DNA from: Selaginella moellendorffii
Lineage: Eukaryota; Plantae; Lycopodiophyta
Length of the DNA stretch: 11,504 nucleotides
Reading direction: 5' to 3'
NCBI RefSeq assembly: GCF_000143415.4
Contig: NW_003314405.1
Location: forward strand, 1-11,504
Shown here piece after piece: positions 1 to 7,105 of this stretch; the stretch's first letter is position 1; each line of letters starts with the position of its first letter. The notes below the pieces were generated by a model that was given only the letters and a program-made list of their open reading frames with translations, did not search any database and was not told where the DNA came from. Both the position numbers and the translations under genes were made by a program.

Positions 1-1412
1 CTGCAAGAGTCATCAGAGCTGGTGGATGCTACTATCGATATCAACGCCAAGCAAGCTGACCACGCTCCACTTGATGCTGCCCATACCACTGAGTCAATCT
101 TGTCCACGTAGCGAGAGGTGACGGTGACCAGGCGCCATTGGACCCGCATGAGTGCCGCCCCAGCCGCCGAGCCGGTCGTATCCTCATTTCCAACGTGTGC
201 CCAATCGTCTGACTACGCGCCGTTGGAACCTCCCTACACCGCCCCTGCTGCCTGTTCGGTCATGTCCACTTTGCCAACGGAGGCACCAGCTGAAATGGCG
301 TGTGATCACACGCCATCGGAACCACCCCATGCCACTGTTGAGCCAGTTGTACCAGAGTCTACAGCTGAAATGGCATGTGCCCACACGCCATCGGATGCGA
401 TTGACCCCACATTGCAGAGGAGAGTATTTCCGCCCTTCACGTTTCCTCGACCAAAACCCTCTGAACGACCATCGGGAGCACCATTCGCTAATATTGTAGA
501 TGGTAAAATTGACTTGTACCATTTTTTATGCTGACGCATTTCATTTCAGAGTCACGGCGAAAGTACTGTATCGTTTTTGATCTGAACGGTGTCCTTTTCT
601 CCCATGAGCGTGGCTCGTCCTCGAATGTCACTGCACCCTCCAAAGCCTGCGGTCGCAAGTTGGTCAAAAGAGACAGATTCACATTAATCACACGGGAGAA
701 ACTGCGGGATCTAATAATGACCATGCGACACTTAAAACAGAGGGCCGGGTTCAATTTGCAATTGGGAGTTTGGACATCCATGATGCGCCACAATGCATTA
801 ACGTTGCTACAGATGATGCACGATCAGACGCGAGTAATATTACCATTTGACTTTCTCCTAACGCAGGAGGATTGCTTGACTATGGTCCATGTGAGGGGTA
901 GCAAGCCCATCTTCGTCAAGGCAGAGGCTGTAGTGATGAACCGGACTGCTAGGTCAAGTGAAATCCTCATCATCGATGACTCGCCGATTAAAACTGCAGC
1001 GAACACGCACACATATGCAGTGCACCCCATCTCTTGCAGTATGGAAACTAGGGAGAAGAAACCGTATGTTCTGGGGGACCTTGCAAAACGGCTTGAAGCG
1101 ATGGTGATAGAGAACCGGCCAGTCCAGGAGGTGGCTGCAAAAATCAACCAAATGGCAGATGGAACGGTATATCAGAAGCCATTTGATCGGACAGACACCA
1201 GTCATCATTTATGGCATGTATATTGTCTAGCCAAGCACTATCCGCATCTCCATAATCTGCTCAACCGGATGGGTTCTTCGACCACTGAACATGAGCGTGG
1301 ACGTATTAGAGAAGAGATGGCATTACTATTGGGTTTAAATCCTGATAGTGTGGAGAGTGATGAAATTCCAAGATTATTGTATAGGCGTTGGAGGCAAAAA
1401 ATAACAGTCTGA
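1..1412 (+). CDS. Spliced FCP1/NIF-like HAD-superfamily phosphatase domain gene with a low-complexity N-terminal exon. 5' end lies outside the window; in-frame TAG at 109-111, so possibly a pseudogene
   Basis: Exon <1-502 (frame 1), intron 503-549 (GTAAAA...CTGAC...TTTCAG, 47 nt, phase 1), exon 550-1412. The join reads ...IVD-E-SRRKYCIVFDLNGVL. HAD motifs: I VFDLNGVL, II GVWTS, III PIFVK, IV LIIDDSPIK. The DLNG variant is typical of plant/fungal 'FCP1 homology' proteins. The ATG at 528 in the ORF track lies inside the intron. Confidence 0.8.
287..395. repeat. Two 34-bp direct repeats 75 bp apart (AEMAC(D/A)HTPS peptide repeat); copy 1 contains a perfect 22-bp palindrome
   Basis: 287-320 CAGCTGAAATGGCGTGTGATCACACGCCATCGGA vs 362-395 CAGCTGAAATGGCATGTGCCCACACGCCATCGGA (31/34 identical). 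Palindrome ATGGCGTGTGATCACACGCCAT at 295-316. Confidence 0.9.
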
Positions 1413-1524
1413 GATGGCATGTATTTATTTAAAAATGTAACTTATTATGGCATGTGGTTCCATGCCATTGTATTAATATTAAAAGACAATTCTTTGAGAG
1501 GATTTGCATTATACTAGAAGTGTT

Positions 1525-1828
1525 NNNNNNNNNNNNNNNNNNNNNNNNNNNNNNNNNNNNNNNNNNNNNNNNNNNNNNNNNNNNNNNNNNNNNNNNNNNN
1601 NNNNNNNNNNNNNNNNNNNNNNNNNNNNNNNNNNNNNNNNNNNNNNNNNNNNNNNNNNNNNNNNNNNNNNNNNNNNNNNNNNNNNNNNNNNNNNNNNNNN
1701 NNNNNNNNNNNNNNNNNNNNNNNNNNNNNNNNNNNNNNNNNNNNNNNNNNNNNNNNNNNNNNNNNNNNNNNNNNNNNNNNNNNNNNNNNNNNNNNNNNNN
1801 NNNNNNNNNNNNNNNNNNNNNNNNNNNN
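1525..1828. other. Assembly gap (304 N)
   Basis: Run of N; hides the likely 5' end of the downstream gene. Confidence 1.
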
Positions 1829-1883
1829 AACGAAATAGAGCTTCAAGTATGTCAACCCGGATATATACAGCTTGTTCAAATAG

Positions 1884-4866
1884 AATGGCCTTGCAACAAA
1901 TATCGGTATGTTTCTAGTCTCTTTTTGCAAGCCAGGAACAACGGAGATCATTACTGTCACACCTGAGATTGTGAATAGCTGGGATCCTATTTGGAGGAGG
2001 AAGTCCCTAGAATTGTATGACATGCTTATCAGACATCCTGAGACTCGACAGCTTGCGGGGACAATGTTCCAAATTATTGATGGTAACCACCGATATGGAG
2101 CTTGGATGAAGTGTATCAACGATCATTTTCGCGATGATCCTGTCTACCATATCAACGTTCCAGTCGGCCATGTCTACGCGAGGGGACCTTTGGATGTCAA
2201 CAGACTTATCTTGGCCTGCCAAAAGATCAATGCGTAAGTTTTATAATTTTACCTCTAACCCCACTTTAACTTGTTTTGTTGTGTTTAAATGTAGGCTTGG
2301 GCAATTCGCTGTTCAAAAACAAAATCTTGTCCATGACATCGAGCAACTTCGATTTTTGGCAGACTTGAGTGAGGATGACATCCGCCAACATTATGGTGAT
2401 GATCTCGCAACACTTGTTCGGCACTCACGCACTCGAAATGACGGTACAACTTGGTTCAACAACCCAATCAGTTTTATGCTCGCTGTGTGGTGTAAGGTAT
2501 GTCTTTCCCTTTTATTTTATAAAAGCCTCTTTTAATTGTTTTGGTTTTTAGCCTTTGGTGAAGGTCAAGCAGGATGCTTACGAACTTGCATATCCGGAGA
2601 AGAGTTGGGAAGAGCTCTCAGCTGAGTTTGTACAAATTGAGCACAAAATTCAGCATGCAAAGTCCTCAAAGTTGAAGAAACTAGTATGCATTGCAGACAA
2701 TCGCAGGCCGAAGGAGTGGCTAGAGACTATAGCCGAAATTTCTTCTCATGAATGTAAGTTTTTTATCACACTTCATTTTTCTTAATTATGCATATGTTAC
2801 TTTTGCAGTGAACAAAACTCCAGATGATATGATTTATAATATCGCAAAATCGAAGCTTCCATATAAGCAACAGATAGAGACTCTGGAGTTCCTCAATGTC
2901 TGCTTGATGAACAGAGAGAAAGGACTGCCAGAACTATTTGAGAACATGATAAGAAGGGCTGTCTACATCACGCAAACTATAAGTGAAGGTGAGAAGTTCT
3001 TGGCACCACACATTGGTGACGATCCAGATGGCACATTCATGTCTTTCGACACCTACATCAACACGTCATTGGAAGGGATCGAAGAGGGGTGGCTGCCAGA
3101 GAAGTCTACAAGCACAACAACTTATGATTGCCAACATGGTCAACCTTATTTCATGCGACGTGCAGCTTATAGGTATAATATGATTTCTAAGACTGTTTTT
3201 TAATATATATTGTTTACAGGTATCTTCGATATAGAGGCATGCCATTTGAGGCACCAGTTTGCACTCGACTTGTTGCAAAGGGTGTAAGAGATGGAGGAAT
3301 GTATCCAACAATGTTTGCGAGAGTTCCAAAGGCACGGAAGATAGAATGCCCTTGGGAGTTGGAGCTCCTAGGGAAGGAGACCTCTACACTAGATCGCGAG
3401 GAAATTATCAATGCTAGCAACGATGGCAATGCAAGTGACGATGGAGACGAGGATGAGGAAGCTCCAGATCAAGTTCATGTTCCACCACCAGACAGTCAGG
3501 AACAGGCTCCAATTTAACCATCAAACAACCAAGATCCGGATCAGGTTTTACCAGTAAATAACGATGATCAAGTGGTTCACAGAATATCACGTCGACCTCG
3601 AGGTAAGCAAAAGTGAATTTTACAAACTAAAGGTGGTAATACATGTTTTTTGCAGCAATGACTGTTGGTAGTAATTTCATTCCAGCTCGACGAGATGCTC
3701 GTGAAGAGGAGTTGGAGGAACTCTCATCGACAACACGCCATATGACGGTATCATACTATTTATTACTTTTTTCATTCACTTAGCTCTTTTATAGGTCCGT
3801 CTTGTGTCCCCAATAACACAACGAGGCATTGTGGGTATCTTCATTGGCTCTTATAGTAGATTATTGACATCTTTCACGGAAGACGACATCAACATGGATA
3901 TACGCCGCCAGTTCAACCGTTGGTGCCGAAAGATACAAAGGCCCGTGCTCCCAGTTGCGGACTTCATTCTCTTCGACTTTCCAGATGGTCTTTCAGATAT
4001 CGATGGGAAAGTTGAGGATTGGAACTTTCTCACACCTGACCACTTGCGCAATGCATTCCTATTGTCCGAAGTACTTATGCTCGAAGCTGGCCATGTCGTC
4101 TTCATCCTACCGAACGACCCCAACTGGATGTATGAGCTTATGACGTGCGCAGCAGAAGTTCATTTCAAGTCATTCTCTTCCGGGTGCATTATGGATCCTA
4201 TTGGCGTTGATACGAGGGGCGTCCAAGGGAAGCCTGAAAAGGTGAGTATGTATTTTATATTTTTATCTAATTTCTAAACATTTTTATTTTCCAGGTTATG
4301 ATGTGGACCTATCATGCCTTCTGCAGAAACACACATGATGGGTTTCGTGATAGCGAACGTGCAGCACGTGTTTTGCCTAGGTACGACAGTTCCACTAACA
4401 TCATACCCAACCTTGTGGATGAGCAGATCCGCAACACGTTTCCAGGGTACCGATTCCAAACTCCATCAGCAATGCAAGTCTTGCTTGAGCTCTATTGCCC
4501 ACCAGATGGTATTGTGATTGATTGCACAGCAGGTAGTGGTTCTATGGTGGAGGCAGCACGTGACTCTGGTAGGTCGGTGTTTGCTATTGAAGAACTTCAT
4601 TTCTTCAAATGCCGGCTCAGAGGATTTCGTGAGTTGCCTTCAACCTCAAGGAGGTAAATTATGTTTATTAAAATTTCAATATATATTTCATTCTATTTTA
4701 TAGATCACAGTCACCTGGAGTTTCTAGAATTGGAGGCTTTGGAAGTCTCCCTGACTATGTAGAAGCCATGGGTCAACATATGCAAGGTGAATCTTCCCCA
4801 CAATACCACTATAGGAGGAAGTATAAAAGAAATCATTATGTTGATGATGAGGCAGAAGAAAGTTAA
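1884..4866 (+). pseudogene. Multi-exon ParB/Sulfiredoxin-like domain plus beta-class N4-cytosine/N6-adenine DNA methyltransferase-like fusion gene, about 850 codons visible, with a premature TAA at 3515-3517
   Basis: Exons about 1884-2233, 2295-2496, 2552-2753, 2809-3172, 3220-3602, 3656-3747, 3795-4241, 4295-4653, 4704-4866. Introns are 61, 55, 55, 47, 53, 47, 53 and 50 nt, all GT-AG, and every junction keeps frame. ParB-like FQIIDGNHRYGAW (DGNHR at 2079-2093). Motif IV-like ADFILFDFPDG (DFPD at 3975-3986). Motifs X/I/II in FQTPSAMQVLLELYCPPDGIVIDCTAGSGSMVEAARDSGRSVFAIE (DCTAGSGS at 4520-4543). Further in-frame TAGs at 1836 and 1881 lie upstream; the 5' boundary is uncertain. Confidence 0.8.
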
Positions 4867-4901
4867 TTGCATCCTTACATAAAATGGAAAGCTTGTTATA
4901 T

Positions 4902-4965
4902 GTTAGATGTCAGTGAAAGTGTCAGATGTCAGTAAAATTGTCAGATGTCAGTGTCAGTGTCAGAT
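4902..4965. repeat. Short tandem array of about 19-bp units with a GTCAGATGTCAGT core, ending in (TGTCAG)n
   Basis: GTTAGATGTCAGTGAAAGT / GTCAGATGTCAGTAAAATT / GTCAGATGTCAGTGTCAGTGTCAGAT. Confidence 0.85.
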
Positions 4966-5175
4966 ACCATAATTATAGATTATCATTCTCACCTGTCACC
5001 ATCACTTTGTAGCGTTTGTGTGTTGCCATCTCCTCCTTCAACATTTTGTAAACAATTGTATGTGATATGATAGCACCTTCTAGAACAAGGTATGTTACCT
5101 ACAACTAATATCATTTTATTATATTTTTTCTTTTAATAGTGACAATACTATAGTATAGTAAAGTAATTCTAGATC

Positions 5176-5721
5176 TTACATTCCACTATAGGGTGGCCTA
5201 AAAACCCCATATTTTGCACTAGCCAATGTAGTGTTTCCCAAGGGGATGTTGTTCCTCACCATGAAGCGATAGTGGGTATGTGTCTGTAACTCATTCTTGA
5301 ATCTATTGTACATCCACATGTGCACATTTTCCAGACCTGTCGTTGGGCAATTCTTACAGTGCTCAAGAAAAGTTTGTAAACCCATAGAGCCATTTGTCTT
5401 GTCCAAGAAAAAGTAGCATATTGGACACCGAATGTAATAGCGTTCTGTGCTTTCAAGTAGTCCTGCCATGTCAGGAGCAAGATCTTGCAAAAACATGTGG
5501 CATTGCTCTTGAAGCGCTAAAGGCAATCCCTCTCTAGTAGCAAGATCTGGAATTTCACATATAGGGAGCTCTAATTCAGCTTCACTAGAGCCCTCAGCAG
5601 AAAAAGGATTGTTATGTAGAGGTGAAGGTGGAATGTTGGTAGAACTTGGGGATGGAGGTGGAGATTGATATGAAATGCTGGGGGGCCAAGTACGATTAGC
5701 AATGGGTCTCCTTTGAGCCAT
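5176..5721 (-). CDS. Hypothetical 181-aa protein with a Pro/Ser-rich N-terminus and a putative C2HC zinc finger
   Basis: Uninterrupted ORF from the ATG at 5721 (MAQRRPIANR...) between AT-rich flanks. Contains RCPICYFFLDKTNGSMGLQTFLEHCKNC. No family recognised. Confidence 0.55.
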   Translation of the reverse strand: MAQRRPIANRTWPPSISYQSPPPSPSSTNIPPSPLHNNPFSAEGSSEAELELPICEIPDLATREGLPLALQEQCHMFLQDLAPDMAGLLESTERYYIRCPICYFFLDKTNGSMGLQTFLEHCKNCPTTGLENVHMWMYNRFKNELQTHTHYRFMVRNNIPLGNTTLASAKYGVFRPPYSGM

Positions 5722-5809
5722 TTCAATATAAACTTCTAAGGAGCTCAAGGAGAACAAAAAACCTACAATGACTATAACTTTTCTAGATAGTTTATATACT
5801 AAGTTTTAG

Positions 5810-5951
5810 TCTTGGGAATGCGGTTTATTTATTATGACACTGACAATACTCAGATTCTTGGGAACGAGGTTTATTTATTATGACACTGACAATACTCAGA
5901 TTCTTGGGAATGATGTTTATTTATTATGACACTGACAATACTCAGATTCTT
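5810..5951. repeat. Three tandem 46-bp repeats
   Basis: Units at 5810, 5856 and 5902: TCTTGGGAA(TGCG/CGAG/TGAT)GTTTATTTATTATGACACTGACAATACTCAGAT. Confidence 0.95.
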
Positions 5952-6426
5952 TAAATGTCAGTCTTGGAAATGGGGCTTCATAATCATAGCTTTCTTGTAA
6001 ACATAAGAGCTTCTAGAATTTTAGATTATCGTGTATACACATGCTCTATCATTATGATGAATCCTACTTTGTTGCATATATATTCTTTTCTACACATGCC
6101 AAATGTCTACGGAAATAAATTGCAAGGAAATATAGACTACATTATAGTGGTAGAGCACGTTGGCACGCTACCATTCTCTCATGTGAGATTGCCTTTTAGT
6201 CTTGGAAATGTAGATAAAGTTGATTCTTTGATGTGATATTACTTTTGAGTCTTTCGAAAGATTTTGATTTCTTTTATCATTATTTACAAACAATTCCCAA
6301 AAACTTTTAATGAGGATTCACTGCAAAATATACCTTGGTCTTATCATATGAGAGGATTGCGATATAGGCAAGTAATAGAGTTTTTAATATGAATTAATAT
6401 GTAAATTACAAATGTCATGGAAAGTT

Positions 6427-6675
6427 TTATGGAGTAGATTTCTTGGTGCTTTCCGCTGTGCTGTTCATTTCTTCATTTCTCTTGCTCTGGACTGTTGTTT
6501 CAGAAGTAACAGGAGCATTTTTATCAAACGTGATAGTGGTCTCCACATTCCCAGATGGGTAATAAGGACCAGGAGTGTAATATGGAGATTGTGGTAGTGA
6601 AACAAAATTAACATTCTCACATTCCTTTGCACTACAACTCTTACTCACAGATCTTGTATTTTCCTTGCTTCCCAT
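6427..6675 (-). CDS. Possible short ORF or exon, low complexity, unknown function
   Basis: Open frame MGSKENTRS...PQSPYYTPGPYYPSG...KKSTP, locally less AT-rich than its flanks. No recognisable motif. Confidence 0.2.
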   Translation of the reverse strand: MGSKENTRSVSKSCSAKECENVNFVSLPQSPYYTPGPYYPSGNVETTITFDKNAPVTSETTVQSKRNEEMNSTAESTKKSTP

Positions 6676-6953
6676 CTTCTCAAGAACCCTAAAAACTCTT
6701 TTGAATGAAGGAATAGTATCTACAGCTGTAAAAGTATTCAAAATATTAAGTAGTCAAATCAAATATGACAGCTGTAACAGTTGTCATAATAAAATAATAT
6801 ATTTTATAAAAGATAGGTTCTCATGAACTTTGTCTTTTTTAAACAATTCAATCTTATAGAAACTTTTAACTTAGATATTTACGTATTTTAATATTTTAAA
6901 GTTTGCTAGAACCTTCATTTGTTCAATTTAGATCTCCTTTGTAATATTTCTTA

Positions 6954-6990
6954 TTGACTATGTTGACTTGAGTTGACTTGTGTTGAATTG
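6954..6990 (+). promoter_or_regulatory. Cluster of W-box motifs (TTGACT x3 plus TTGAAT) in a roughly 10-bp tandem repeat
   Basis: TTGACT at 6954, 6963 and 6973, TTGAAT at 6983; lies just before the gap that precedes the Roco coding sequence. Confidence 0.4.
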
Positions 6991-7003
6991 AGCTCAACTC
7001 ATA

Positions 7004-7103
7004 NNNNNNNNNNNNNNNNNNNNNNNNNNNNNNNNNNNNNNNNNNNNNNNNNNNNNNNNNNNNNNNNNNNNNNNNNNNNNNNNNNNNNNNNNNNNNNNNN
7101 NNN
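7004..7103. other. Assembly gap (100 N, probably a placeholder of unknown size)
   Basis: Exactly 100 N. Confidence 1.
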
Positions 7104-7105
7104 AC

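Noticed and set aside
152-1420. Alternative-frame and antisense ORFs over the HAD gene
   Set aside because: No motifs; shadows of the real coding strand.
1454-2119. ORFs 1454-1966, 1504-1917 and 1514-2119
   Set aside because: Artefacts of translating through the N gap.
4295-4653. C5-cytosine methyltransferase (MET1/CMT/DRM) or MT-A70 family
   Set aside because: There is no PC catalytic or ENV motif, and the DxxAGSGS segment and its position match N6_N4_Mtase rather than MT-A70.
1908-4657. A prokaryotic operon of separate small genes, or bacterial contamination
   Set aside because: The fragments are joined by canonical frame-preserving spliceosomal introns into one gene.
5810-5951. CRISPR-like array
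   Set aside because: Units are head-to-tail with no unique spacers, there are no cas genes, and the context is eukaryotic.
5955-6236. 93-aa plus-strand ORF
   Set aside because: AT-rich with no motif, and it starts within the repeat tail; likely spurious.
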